A stretch of 64,000 bases of DNA from an uncultured delta proteobacterium. GTDB taxonomy: Bacteria; Desulfobacterota; Binatia; Binatales; Binataceae. Made by a program: the position numbers and the translations under genes. The stretch is from the NCBI GenBank assembly GCA_963808235.1, contig CAWEEQ010000004.1:1792001-1856000 (forward strand), written 5' to 3'. Below the pieces are notes generated by a model. That model ran no database searches. It had not been told where the DNA came from and saw only the letters and a list, made by a program, of their open reading frames with translations. Shown piece after piece: positions 9,594 to 18,595 of the stretch (position 1 is the stretch's first letter; every line of letters begins with the position of its first letter).

Positions 9594-10557
9594 GCGCTTC
9601 GGCACTTTCACCGCGGTGGACAAGGTCAGCTTCGAGGTCCGCCGCGGCGAGGTCTTCGGACTGCTCGGCCCCAACGGCGCGGGCAAGACTACTGTGGTGA
9701 GAATGCTAACGACGCTGATTCCGCCGACCGACGGGCACGCATACGTCATGGGTATCGACGTCGCGCGCCATCCGCGCCAGGTGCGCGAAAATATCGGCGT
9801 CATCCCGCAGGCGCTGACCTCGGATCTCGATCTCACGGGATGGGAAAATATCGACATCTATGGCGAGTTCTTCGGGCTGTCGCGCCGGGAGCGACGCGAG
9901 CGCGGGGACCGGCTCCTCAAGATGGTTGGGCTTAGCGAGCGCGCGCATGATCTGGTCGCGACCTATTCGGGCGGTATGCGCCGGCGGCTCGAAATTGCGC
10001 GCGGGCTGATCCATTCGCCCGACGTGCTGTTCCTCGACGAGCCGACCATCGGACTCGATCCGCAGAGCCGGCGCGCGGTCTGGGACCTGCTCGAAACGCT
10101 GCGCAAGGAAAGCGAGATTACGATTTCGCTGACCACGCATTACATGGACGAGGCGGAGTCGCTGTGCGATCGAATCGCGATCGTCGATGCGGGCAAGATA
10201 ATCGCGCTCGACACGCCGGTCGGCCTCAAGTCGATGGTCCCGGGATCGGATCGAATCGACCTGGTGGTCGAAAAGGATCCCGAGGCGGTCGCGACGATGC
10301 TGCGACCGATGCCGTACCTGACCGCGGTGAACCAGGACGGTGGCAACCGCCTGCAACTTTCCTCCAACGACGGCGCGCACGCGATTCCGAAAATCCTCGA
10401 GGCCGTCGAAGAGACCGGTGACCGGGTGACCTCGATCACGGTGCAGAAACTCTCGCTTGAAGACGTCTTTATCCACTTCACCGGACGCACACTGCGCGAC
10501 GAGCCGGCAAAAAAAGTCAGCCTGCTGGTCGGCGCCGGGATGCCTCAGCAGCGCTGA
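9550..10557 (+). CDS. ABC transporter ATP-binding protein (DrrA-like)
   Basis: Walker A GPNGAGKTT, signature YSGGMRRR, Walker B LFLDEPT. Confidence 0.95.
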   Translation: MEPESPAIQTKDLTKRFGTFTAVDKVSFEVRRGEVFGLLGPNGAGKTTVVRMLTTLIPPTDGHAYVMGIDVARHPRQVRENIGVIPQALTSDLDLTGWENIDIYGEFFGLSRRERRERGDRLLKMVGLSERAHDLVATYSGGMRRRLEIARGLIHSPDVLFLDEPTIGLDPQSRRAVWDLLETLRKESEITISLTTHYMDEAESLCDRIAIVDAGKIIALDTPVGLKSMVPGSDRIDLVVEKDPEAVATMLRPMPYLTAVNQDGGNRLQLSSNDGAHAIPKILEAVEETGDRVTSITVQKLSLEDVFIHFTGRTLRDEPAKKVSLLVGAGMPQQR

Positions 10558-10569
10558 CGGACCATCGCG

Positions 10570-11694
10570 ATGTTCGGACTCAAGTTCCTCGCAATCATGC
10601 GCCGCGACCTGAAGAAGCTGATGCGCAATCCGATCACGCTGGTCTCGGTCATCCTGATGCCGATCGTTTACCTGGTCATCATCGGCAATTCATTTCAGGG
10701 CCAGCTGAAGCATCTGCCGATTGTCGTAGTCGAGCAGGATCACGGCTTGTACGCGCGCCGAATCGTCGAACAGTTGCTCGCGCTGCAAGCCGGGCCGAAG
10801 ACGATTGACGTTACCTTCGAGAGCGATCCAGGCACCGCGATCGACGAAGTGCGCGACGGGCGCTTCAAAGGCGCAGTCGTAATCCCGTCCGACTTCAGCC
10901 ACGACGTGGCCGAAGGCCTGATCGGACAAATCGGACTGTTCACTGACAACGTCGACTCGATAAGTTCAGTCACTCTCGAGGGCGCGCTCGATACCGCCGC
11001 GGCTACCGTGCGGGTCAGCTTCGTCACCGCGCGCGAACCCAAGCTGAACGACATCTCGCTCCGCCCGAGCTGGCTGTTCCCCTACGTCGACTACGATCGC
11101 TCGCTTATTCCCGGAGTCATCGTGATGGCGATCTTCATGGGCTCGCTGATGTCGGGAGTGTTCAACTGGGTGATGGATAAATTTCTCGGCGTCACGGAAT
11201 GCTACCTGGTGACGCCGCTCTCGCGATGGGACATCGCGGGCGGCGTGCTCGCGAGCGGAGTCAGCGTGACGAGTGTGGCCGGTGTGATGGTTTTGTTCCT
11301 CGGCTTGTTGATCACGCGCGGGCGAATCGAGGGCGGACTGGTCGCGCTGCTCACTCTCGTCGGGATAATCGTCGTGAGCGCGACCGGGCTGCTCGCGATG
11401 ACGTTTGCGATCCTCGGCCGCGCGGGCCATCCGCGCCTGGTCGGCACGTTCTCGGGATTCCTGAATGTGATCTTGTTTTTTCCGAGCGGCGCGATCTATC
11501 CAGTCGAAAGCTTCCCGCCCTGGCTGCGCGCCTTCGCCCGCTTCAACCCCGAAACCCACTCGGTGAGCGCAATAAAACAGATCCTCTTCAAAGGCGCAGA
11601 CTTCCCCGCAGTCAGCGGCGACATCCTGTTCCTGCTAATTTTCATGGTCCTGATGCTGGTGCTGGCAAGCGTCTCCTTCAAACGGACTCTGTAG
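10570..11694 (+). CDS. ABC-2 type permease
   Basis: Multiple TMs, FFPSGAIYPVESFPPWL motif, follows the ATPase. Confidence 0.92.
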   Translation: MFGLKFLAIMRRDLKKLMRNPITLVSVILMPIVYLVIIGNSFQGQLKHLPIVVVEQDHGLYARRIVEQLLALQAGPKTIDVTFESDPGTAIDEVRDGRFKGAVVIPSDFSHDVAEGLIGQIGLFTDNVDSISSVTLEGALDTAAATVRVSFVTAREPKLNDISLRPSWLFPYVDYDRSLIPGVIVMAIFMGSLMSGVFNWVMDKFLGVTECYLVTPLSRWDIAGGVLASGVSVTSVAGVMVLFLGLLITRGRIEGGLVALLTLVGIIVVSATGLLAMTFAILGRAGHPRLVGTFSGFLNVILFFPSGAIYPVESFPPWLRAFARFNPETHSVSAIKQILFKGADFPAVSGDILFLLIFMVLMLVLASVSFKRTL

Positions 11695-11746
11695 GAGAAG
11701 GACGGTTCCGCACTCCGGCGAAACTTGCGTCGCGACCGCACGTGGC

Positions 11747-11792
11747 AAAAGATCCGGGTCCCTCGGCTCCGACAGCCTTCGCTCGCGATGAC
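11747..11792 (-). repeat. REP-like palindromic repeat, copy A
   Basis: Reverse complement GTCATCGCGAGCGAAGGCTGTCGGAGCCGAGGGACCCGGATCTTTT, homologous to copies B-E. Confidence 0.85.
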
Positions 11793-11926
11793 ACAAAGAG
11801 TGCTGACGAAAAGTCTGCTGACACAAGGTCTGCTCACGCAAAAAACTTGCTGACCCAAAGCCTGCTGACCCAAAGATTGGTGACACAAAGGTTGCTGACA
11901 CAAAAGGCCGCTGGCACGACGGCCCC
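11789..11926 (+). repeat. Degenerate 15-17 bp tandem array, about 8-9 units, consensus TGACACAAAGnyTGC
   Basis: Units start at 11789, 11804, 11819, 11834, 11851, 11866, 11881, 11896 and possibly 11912. Confidence 0.85.
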
Positions 11927-11933
11927 TAAAATC

Positions 11934-11975
11934 CGTCATCCCGAACGCAGCCGAGGGACCCCGGATCTTTTTCGA
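11934..11975 (+). repeat. REP-like repeat, copy B (a partial copy C lies at 12019-12038)
   Basis: CGTCATCCCGAACGCAGCCGAGGGACCCCGGATCTTTTTCGA; partial copy ACCCCGGACCTTTTTCCGAC. Confidence 0.85.
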
Positions 11976-12040
11976 CGCCGACTGGCATCACGCCTTGCAA
12001 TTCTTTCACGCGCTGCGAACCCCGGACCTTTTTCCGACTT

Positions 12041-12350
12041 CTACCCGCACCACCGGGTGCTCAGGTCATTCCAGGAGGGGTTCACAGACTCGATCAGGCG
12101 GATTTTCTTTTCGCGTCTCCAACTCTTCAGTTGTTTTTCACGCGAAATGGCGGCAGCAGGAGTCCCGAACTCCTCGAAGTACACAAGACGATAGACGTTG
12201 TACGTACCGGTGAATCCCGGAAGTTCCTTCCTTTTGTGCTCGTGAACTCGCCGAATTAAGTCGTTCGTCAGTCCTATGTATAGGGTGCGAGAAAGGCTCG
12301 CGACGACGTACACGAAAAAAGAAGGCTCGCCGTTGCGCTCTTGCCAGTGG
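12041..12350 (-). CDS. Stand-alone GIY-YIG nuclease (start codon uncertain)
   Basis: FFVYVVAS...TLYIGLTNDLIRRVHEHK...GFT..YNVYRLVYFEEF...AISREKQLKSWRREKKIRLIE..NPSW.DL. The frame stays open upstream to 12538 through the repeat array; no ATG lies near the domain start. Confidence 0.85.
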
Positions 12351-12371
12351 CGTTTTTGTCCGCGTCGCTGA

Positions 12372-12413
12372 ATCCGGGGTCCCTCGGCTGCGGCAGCCTT
12401 CGCTCGGGATGAC
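12372..12413 (-). repeat. REP-like repeat, copy D
   Basis: Reverse complement GTCATCCCGAGCGAAGGCTGCCGCAGCCGAGGGACCCCGGAT. Confidence 0.85.
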
Positions 12414-12533
12414 ACAAAGATCGCTAATGCAAGGATTGGTGACACAAAGACCGCTGGAAACAAAGCCTGGTCACGCAAAAAAACTTGTCGACACGGAGAC
12501 TGCTGACATAAAGGCTGCTGACGGAGAGATGTG
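12410..12533 (+). repeat. Second degenerate 15-18 bp tandem array, about 7-8 units
   Basis: Units start at 12410, 12425, 12440, 12455, 12471, 12489, 12504 and possibly 12519; same consensus as the left array. Confidence 0.8.
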
Positions 12534-12559
12534 AGCATTAGCTGGTACGAGTCGAAATC

Positions 12560-12598
12560 GGAAAAAGATCCGGGGTCTCTCAGCTGCGCTCGGATGAC
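12560..12598 (-). repeat. REP-like repeat, copy E
   Basis: Reverse complement GTCATCCGAGCGCAGCTGAGAGACCCCGGATCTTTTTCC. Confidence 0.8.
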
Positions 12599-12613
12599 AG
12601 AAAGTTAGCAGAT

Positions 12614-13006
12614 TCAGCCGGGGCGGGTGGCGAGGTAGTAGCGCTTGAGGGCGTCGCCGATTACGCGGGTTAGTTCGGCTATCGAGACTGGTTTCAGGAG
12701 ACACAGGTTTGCGCCGGCGGCGCGGGCGGCTTCGTTCATGCCTTGCGTGTTGTGACCGGACATCACGATGATCGGCAGCAGCGCGGATTTTGCGCGGGCG
12801 TGGCGGACGATCTCGATCCCGTTTGAATCGGGCAGACTCAAATCGGTGAGTACGAGGTCGGGAGTTTCGGAGTCGATAAGCTCGATCGCCTCGTGCGCAC
12901 CGAATGCACCGACGCATCGATGGCCCGCGCGCTCGAGCAGGCGGACGTAGGCGTCGACCAGGTCGCGCTCGTCATCCACGATTAGAATTTTCGCTTGCTC
13001 AGCCAT
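12614..13006 (-). CDS. Single-domain response regulator
   Basis: ILIVDDE, DLSLPDSNG, MSG, LKPV. Confidence 0.92.
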   Translation of the reverse strand: MAEQAKILIVDDERDLVDAYVRLLERAGHRCVGAFGAHEAIELIDSETPDLVLTDLSLPDSNGIEIVRHARAKSALLPIIVMSGHNTQGMNEAARAAGANLCLLKPVSIAELTRVIGDALKRYYLATRPG

Positions 13007-13012
13007 CGTGCC

Positions 13013-14422
13013 TTAACGCCCGGAGCGACTACTGTCCGCGGCCGCGCGCAGCGGCGCGGCGGGCGCCTCGGCAGAATCGGGGCGCGCCGGGTTCTCGACT
13101 TTGTCGTCAGTCGTCGGCAGCGTAATCACGAACCTGGTCCCCTTCCCCGGCTCCGATTCGGATACGATCGTACCGCCGTGATCGTGAATAATCCGCTGGC
13201 TCAGCCATAGGCCGAGCCCCGTGCCCTTGGGCTTGGTCGTGAAGAATGGCTCGAACAGTCTGCGTAGCGAGTCGGCGGCGATACCTGAGCCGTCGTCTGA
13301 AATCGAAAGCTGCAGGTGATCGGCGCGGCCCGGCGCGCGCCTCGTTTCGATTCGCACCAGGTGAGCGTCCGCATCGCGCGCGTTCATCACCAGGTTGATG
13401 ATCACCTGTTCGATCCCGGTCATCTCACCGACGACCGATGGGAGCGAGCGATCGAGCTGTACGTCAATTTTGAGCGCACCATCGCGCGCCTCGGCCCCGG
13501 CGATGAGCATCGCCTCTTCAACCGCCACGTTCATATCGAAAGCAACCCGCGAACCGGGACGCTGGCGAGCGAGCGAGAGCATGTTGCGCGAGATGCGGCT
13601 GGCGCGTTCGATATTGCGCTGCAAGACCAGCAGGTCGGCACGAGTCTCGACCGAAAGATCCTGATCGGCCGCCAGCATCAGCTCGATTCGCGAGTCCATC
13701 ACGGCCAGCGGATTGTTCAGTTCGTGCGCAATTCCGGCCGCGACCGCGCCCAGCGCGTTGATCGTTTCATTGCGGCGCGCCTCGCGTTCCATCGCACGTC
13801 GCTCGGTGATATCGGTGACGAATGCGATCACCAGGTTGCCGCGCCGGATGTGAACCACGTTCAGGCTCACCTCGGCGGGAAACTCGCTGCCGTCCTTGCG
13901 GCGTCCCGCGATCTCCATCCCGCGGCCCATCAGGCGGGAACTCGGCGCCGCGAAAAAAGACCTCCGATGCGCCTCGTGCCGATCGCGAAAACGATTCGGC
14001 AGCAAAACTTCGATCGGCTGGCCGACCAGGTCCAACTCGTGGTAACCGAACAGTTCCTGGCCACGGGGATTTACCTGGCGAATCAAGCCGTCGCTGTCGG
14101 TGGTGATAATTCCCTCGACCGACGACTCGAAGTAGCCGCGCGCGCGGACCAGCGCTTCCTCGCGTCCCGCAACCGACATCCGAATCGCCTTCATGTACCG
14201 ATACGCGACCAGGTAAAGCAGCAGCGCATTGACGCTCACGAACATCAGGCGGTTGAGCGCGTACGAATGCGCCGGCATCAGGGCGAGCACCTGGTCGGAT
14301 ATCAGGACCCAGATTAGTCCGCCGACCGCATAGTAGAGCGCAATCCGGACCGGGCGGCTGCGCGCCACCGGAAAATGGTGTTCTTCGCCGGCGTGCAAGT
14401 GATTGTTCAGATCGGCAGCCAT
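13013..14422 (-). CDS. Membrane PAS sensor histidine kinase
   Basis: Two TMs, FixL-like PAS (RHEAH...MGRGMEIAGRRKDGSEFP), IAHELNNPL, FEPFFTTK, GTGLGL. Confidence 0.92.
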   Translation of the reverse strand: MAADLNNHLHAGEEHHFPVARSRPVRIALYYAVGGLIWVLISDQVLALMPAHSYALNRLMFVSVNALLLYLVAYRYMKAIRMSVAGREEALVRARGYFESSVEGIITTDSDGLIRQVNPRGQELFGYHELDLVGQPIEVLLPNRFRDRHEAHRRSFFAAPSSRLMGRGMEIAGRRKDGSEFPAEVSLNVVHIRRGNLVIAFVTDITERRAMEREARRNETINALGAVAAGIAHELNNPLAVMDSRIELMLAADQDLSVETRADLLVLQRNIERASRISRNMLSLARQRPGSRVAFDMNVAVEEAMLIAGAEARDGALKIDVQLDRSLPSVVGEMTGIEQVIINLVMNARDADAHLVRIETRRAPGRADHLQLSISDDGSGIAADSLRRLFEPFFTTKPKGTGLGLWLSQRIIHDHGGTIVSESEPGKGTRFVITLPTTDDKVENPARPDSAEAPAAPLRAAADSSRSGR

Positions 14423-14548
14423 CAGTGCGGATACTTTAGTCCTCGCTCGCGGGACAAGGTAGATGACTGGAGAATGAAAAAGTGAAAATTAGCGACCCGA
14501 GGGCGCCCGAGAGTCAATTTCCCGAAGCGGGAAACCAACTACCTGCGG

Positions 14549-15388
14549 TTAACGGACGCCCAGGTCGTCGCCCCGCGATGCGACCGCGGGAGTGTGCTCC
14601 GCTGCGCGCGGATTGGACGGTGAGGTCACCAGGGCCGCATCGGGCATCGGGGTAGCGATCCAGCCGACGCATACAGTCGCGCCGTCGATCCCGCGGATCG
14701 GAACAATCATCATGGCGACGGCTATTTCGGTGCCGTCGCTGCGTAACTGGACGGTCGGAAACCGATGGACGACTTTGCCGCCCAGCGCTTGCCCGTGAAG
14801 CCGGCGCGCCTGTTCGCGAAGCGCGGGCGGGAACAACCTCTCGAAGCTGCGGCCGACTACCTCAACGTCTGGATATCCATAGATTTGCCGCGCCGAAGGA
14901 TTCATCGCAGTGATAATTCCGGAGGCGTCAACCGCGTGCACCCCGTCAGGAATCGAGTCGATCACGCTCGCCATCAGTTCGCGGGCGGTCTCGCGCTGCT
15001 TGCTCTCGAAGGCCGCCCGGGTCACCGCGACCAGATCCTCGAAGCCGTCGGGCTTGAGCAGGTAGTGGTACAGGCCGTACTTGAACGCGCCCGCCGCAAC
15101 TTCTTCTCCGCCGTTGCCGGTCAGCATGATTACCCGGACCCGCGGCCATCGTTCGCGCACCTGTTGCAGAACCGACAATCCGTCGCTCCATCCGAGCCAG
15201 TAGTCCGTGACTACAACGTCGTAATTGGCGCCCTTGAGACACTCCTTCAGAGCCAGAGGCTCGTCGGCAACCCGAATCTCGGCCTTTGGAAACGCGCGCC
15301 GGAGCCGCGCCTGGATGACCATCGTGTCAGTCGGGCTGTCGTCAACGACCAGAAGATCCATTCGAGGATTTCCAAATTCCGCAGTCAC
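14549..15388 (-). CDS. Receiver plus PAS protein with no output domain
   Basis: LLVVDDS, DYWLGWSDG, LLKP, followed by a PAS domain. Confidence 0.85.
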   Translation of the reverse strand: MTAEFGNPRMDLLVVDDSPTDTMVIQARLRRAFPKAEIRVADEPLALKECLKGANYDVVVTDYWLGWSDGLSVLQQVRERWPRVRVIMLTGNGGEEVAAGAFKYGLYHYLLKPDGFEDLVAVTRAAFESKQRETARELMASVIDSIPDGVHAVDASGIITAMNPSARQIYGYPDVEVVGRSFERLFPPALREQARRLHGQALGGKVVHRFPTVQLRSDGTEIAVAMMIVPIRGIDGATVCVGWIATPMPDAALVTSPSNPRAAEHTPAVASRGDDLGVR

Positions 15389-15402
15389 TGAAGAACTTGA
15401 GG

Positions 15403-15419
15403 AGCAATCAGTATGCCGG
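15403..15419 (-). promoter_or_regulatory. Sigma54 (-24/-12) promoter candidate
   Basis: Minus strand CCGGCATACTGATTGCT: GG-N10-GC with TTGCT, directly upstream of the REC-PAS gene. Confidence 0.6.
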
Positions 15420-15627
15420 TCGCCGGTCAGGCAGGCGTGCTACGATGTCCGTCGGAAATAGTACGAGATCGAAGAACAAAAGTGGCCATGAACAACGGTA
15501 GCGCAATCCGACCGCCATGACAGGCGCGATCAGCTGTCCCGCGATGGGACACAGATACGTGTCGAGGGACACCGGAAGAAGATCCGGATCCCTCGACTAC
15601 GCTGAGACTGGGATTTCAGCGCCCTGG

Positions 15628-16284
15628 CTAGCGGGACTTTTTCTGAACTGCTTTCTTCGCTTTTGGGGGTCTGCCGCGACGACGCTTTTCGACCCCGGTC
15701 GCTTCGAGTTCATCCTCGTCGGGTCCGAAGGCGCTATCGACCGGGACGTCGTCTTCGGCGGTGCGAACTGGATCGGGATGCTCGTCGGAATCCTCGTTGG
15801 CGCTCATTTCCTCAGGCGGTGTCCATCGATTGCCAAACGGCCTCGCGAGGCCGCCCTGCCCGCTTCGAGCTTCATTGTTCACTTCGTGCTGGCAATCGAC
15901 GCAATATTGCGCAAACGGCACCGCATGCAGGCGCGCCAGCGGGATTTCGTCACCGCATCGCGCACAGGTTCCATACACTCCGGCGCCGAGCCTCGCGATA
16001 GCCGCATCGATTGCGCCCAGACGTTCCTGCGCACGCTCAAACAACGCCGCGTGAGTCTCGACTTCTGCCAGCGATCTGGCGACATCCATCTCGTCCGCCG
16101 GCGGTGGCGCGCCACTGCCCGCCTGTTCTCGCATCAATTCCTTGACCCGGGCAAGCGTATCGGCGCGCTCCTTGGCGAGCAGCTTCTTGAGCGCATCGAT
16201 TCGACGGCCGCCGGTGCTGGCCGCAGCTGATTCCATCATCTTGGGTTTCTTCCTTTTCGTGGTCTGGCTCTTCGGGGTCTTCAT
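15628..16284 (-). CDS. TraR/DksA C4 zinc-finger protein
   Basis: DEMD coiled-coil tip, YGTCARCGDEIPLARL.AVPFAQYCVDCQ; basic N- and C-terminal tails. Confidence 0.88.
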   Translation of the reverse strand: MKTPKSQTTKRKKPKMMESAAASTGGRRIDALKKLLAKERADTLARVKELMREQAGSGAPPPADEMDVARSLAEVETHAALFERAQERLGAIDAAIARLGAGVYGTCARCGDEIPLARLHAVPFAQYCVDCQHEVNNEARSGQGGLARPFGNRWTPPEEMSANEDSDEHPDPVRTAEDDVPVDSAFGPDEDELEATGVEKRRRGRPPKAKKAVQKKSR

Positions 16285-16353
16285 GGGTTGATACCTGTTG
16301 CCGAAAACAACTGGCACCCCGCTAATCGGCACTCCACTAAGAATGTAAACATG

Positions 16354-16369
16354 AGCATTGATCGTGCCT
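16354..16369 (-). promoter_or_regulatory. Sigma54 promoter candidate for the dksA-like gene
   Basis: Minus strand AGGCACGATCAATGCT (GG-N10-GC), about 70 bp upstream of ATG 16284. Confidence 0.5.
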
Positions 16370-16696
16370 CGCGCCACTGTGAAAAGGACCAACGAACTCT
16401 ATATTTTTGCGACTCATCAATCGAGAGGTAATCTCCTTTAGGTACATTTGTTAGGATCAGCCGCCCCGATTCGGGTTTACATATACGTCGCCGAGGGCGA
16501 ATCGTTGCGCGCAGGGTTCGGCCACGCAAACTGTGTCCTTGTACCAGGTACCAGAGCGGATTCACGCCGGGTCGGATGGCACTGCACAAACGAAGATCAG
16601 CGTGATGCCGCATAGTTAAGCAGCACTCTTCGTCCATCCACATCACCACTTGCCCATAATTGCTACCGATTTCGAGTTTAGCACGGCGTCACCAAG

Positions 16697-16713
16697 TTGG
16701 CACAGACGATGCT
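16697..16713 (+). promoter_or_regulatory. Sigma54 promoter candidate
   Basis: TTGGCACAGACGATGCT (TGGCAC-N5-ATGCT), about 48 bp upstream of ATG 16761, which has a GGAGGTGA RBS. Confidence 0.62.
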
Positions 16714-16760
16714 GAGCCATCAGCAACTTGGTTTCGGCTTGGGGCAGGAGGTGACTTAGT

Positions 16761-17303
16761 ATGTCCGTATCCGGTTCAGAGCAAATTCAAAGCGGCCTTT
16801 CGAGCCAGCACCTGGTTTTTAACGAGTGTTCGGGCCCCGATCCCTGGTTGAGCGCCCGATTCGAGCCCGATTTTCTGGTTCCGGTTCAGTTTTTCGATTT
16901 GACCCGGCGGCGCTCGATGCCCGACGGCGAGACCCGGCTGCTGTTTGCGGTGCTGGAGGACGCCGTACGATGCTACGTGAAGACCGCCAACTCGGCGCGT
17001 CGATCCGATCGCGAACAGTTCGATGAAGTCCGGCGATGGTTCGATTCCGACGCGGGAACCAGGAGCCCATTTTCCTTCGAGTATGTGTGCGACGTGCTGA
17101 CCATCGAGCCGGCATCGTTGCGCTCCAGGCTCCAGTTGCTGAGCGCCAAGGATCTGCCGACCAAACAGATGCGCTCGGTTGGGCGGCGGCAGGTTGTGCG
17201 GGCCGGGCGCTCGTCGCAGAAGCGCTCACGCCGTGAGGTTCGGACCGGGTCGGGCGCGCACGGTATGTCATCGAGGCATGGCATATCGATGCAGTCCAAG
17301 TGA
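16761..17303 (+). CDS. Hypothetical protein (ExRLLFAVLEDAV...WF...FSFEYVCDVL type)
   Basis: Strong RBS; helical core with an Arg-rich tail; function unknown. Confidence 0.75.
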   Translation: MSVSGSEQIQSGLSSQHLVFNECSGPDPWLSARFEPDFLVPVQFFDLTRRRSMPDGETRLLFAVLEDAVRCYVKTANSARRSDREQFDEVRRWFDSDAGTRSPFSFEYVCDVLTIEPASLRSRLQLLSAKDLPTKQMRSVGRRQVVRAGRSSQKRSRREVRTGSGAHGMSSRHGISMQSK

Positions 17304-17392
17304 TTTCCGACCGCGCCTGAAGGCGGACGCCACGATGGCGCGACATTGATGGTATAATTCGATGGCAGCGATTGTGATCGCCGTGATGAATC

Positions 17393-18016
17393 ATGGACAA
17401 GGGCAATTCGCAGCCAAGATTCGAATTCCGGATATGGGGAAATCATCTCGCGCCGATTCGCGATCGCATGGCGGCGGCCGCGGCCCCATCGGCACTCGAA
17501 GAAAGCGCTGAGACTTATATCCTGTCGCGCGAGACTGACGCCGCCAATCTGAAAATTCGGGCCGGCCTGCTCGATTTCAAGTTGCTGGTGCAGCACGACG
17601 GGCGGCTCGAGCGATGGCGTCCCGTGCTGAAGGCAGCATTCCCGGTCGACTCGCGCACTATCGTCGAGGACATATTCCCCGCCCTGGCCGTTGTGCCACC
17701 GCATATTGAGCGGCCGTCGTACACTCACGGCGAATTTATCCGCGATCTCGTGAGACCGCATCGCGAACTCTCGGTGGTGGAGGTCGCGAAAAAACGCTCC
17801 GAGTTCAAGTTCGATACCTACACGGCGGAATTTGCGGAAATTGAAATCGCCGGCGGCGCAAGTTCGGAGACGATCGAATTTGAATCCGAAGATCACGCCG
17901 CGGTGCTTCGGGCGATCGCCAAGTTCGGCCTGACGGCACATCCGAACATCAGCTATGTGCGTCATCTGAAGCTGATGATCGGGATGATCCCGCACCCCAG
18001 AGCTTCCGCGAACTAG
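17393..18016 (+). CDS. CYTH-like (triphosphate tunnel) protein
   Basis: RFEFRIWG, ETYILS, NLKIR, KKR, AEF, IEFESE pattern; adjacent to a canonical CYTH gene. Confidence 0.6.
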   Translation: MDKGNSQPRFEFRIWGNHLAPIRDRMAAAAAPSALEESAETYILSRETDAANLKIRAGLLDFKLLVQHDGRLERWRPVLKAAFPVDSRTIVEDIFPALAVVPPHIERPSYTHGEFIRDLVRPHRELSVVEVAKKRSEFKFDTYTAEFAEIEIAGGASSETIEFESEDHAAVLRAIAKFGLTAHPNISYVRHLKLMIGMIPHPRASAN

Positions 18017-18038
18017 CGCGCGCTCTTCTGAATCACCA

Positions 18039-18515
18039 ATGGCCAAGGAAATCGAGCGAAAATTCCTGGTCCGGCCGCGCAAGTGGAGCGAACTCGGACC
18101 CGGCAAGGTGATTCGGCAGGGCTACCTGAGCATCGCGATCGAACGCACGGTTCGCGTGCGCACTTACGGAGAGCGCGGCTACGTGACCATCAAGGGAACC
18201 ACGTCGGGAATCTCGCGCGATGAATACGAGTACGAGATTCCGCTCAAAGATGCGACCGAAATCCTGGACGGACTTTGCCTTCATCCGCTAATCGAAAAAA
18301 CGCGCTACCGGATTCCGTTCGGCGGACATACCTTCGAGGTTGACGAATTCATCGGCGCCAACCTGGGATTGACCGTCGCGGAAGTCGAACTGAAAAGCGC
18401 CGACGAAAAAATTGAGCTTCCCGACTGGATCGATCGCGACGTGAGCGGCGATCCACGATATTTCAACTCGAACCTGGCGCAGAAACCGTTCTCGACGTGG
18501 GGAAAATCAACCTGA
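18039..18515 (+). CDS. CYTH-domain protein (class IV adenylate cyclase/triphosphatase family)
   Basis: EIERKFLV, IRQGYL, VRVR, TIKG, EYEYEIP, KTRY, FEVDEF, AEVEL. Confidence 0.93.
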   Translation: MAKEIERKFLVRPRKWSELGPGKVIRQGYLSIAIERTVRVRTYGERGYVTIKGTTSGISRDEYEYEIPLKDATEILDGLCLHPLIEKTRYRIPFGGHTFEVDEFIGANLGLTVAEVELKSADEKIELPDWIDRDVSGDPRYFNSNLAQKPFSTWGKST

Positions 18516-18595
18516 CAGTGGCGATGGACGCGCGAAGGTGGCTCGGCATACTGTCCGCACTCGGGCTAGACGCGGCATTCTGGTAGGCTTAATCG

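Noticed and set aside
11983-11999. Sigma54-like TGGCATCACGCCTTGCA
   Set aside because: GG-to-GC spacing is 11 rather than the required 10.
11789-12533. Possible CRISPR array
   Set aside because: Units are contiguous 15-18 bp degenerate repeats without unique spacers, and no cas genes are present.
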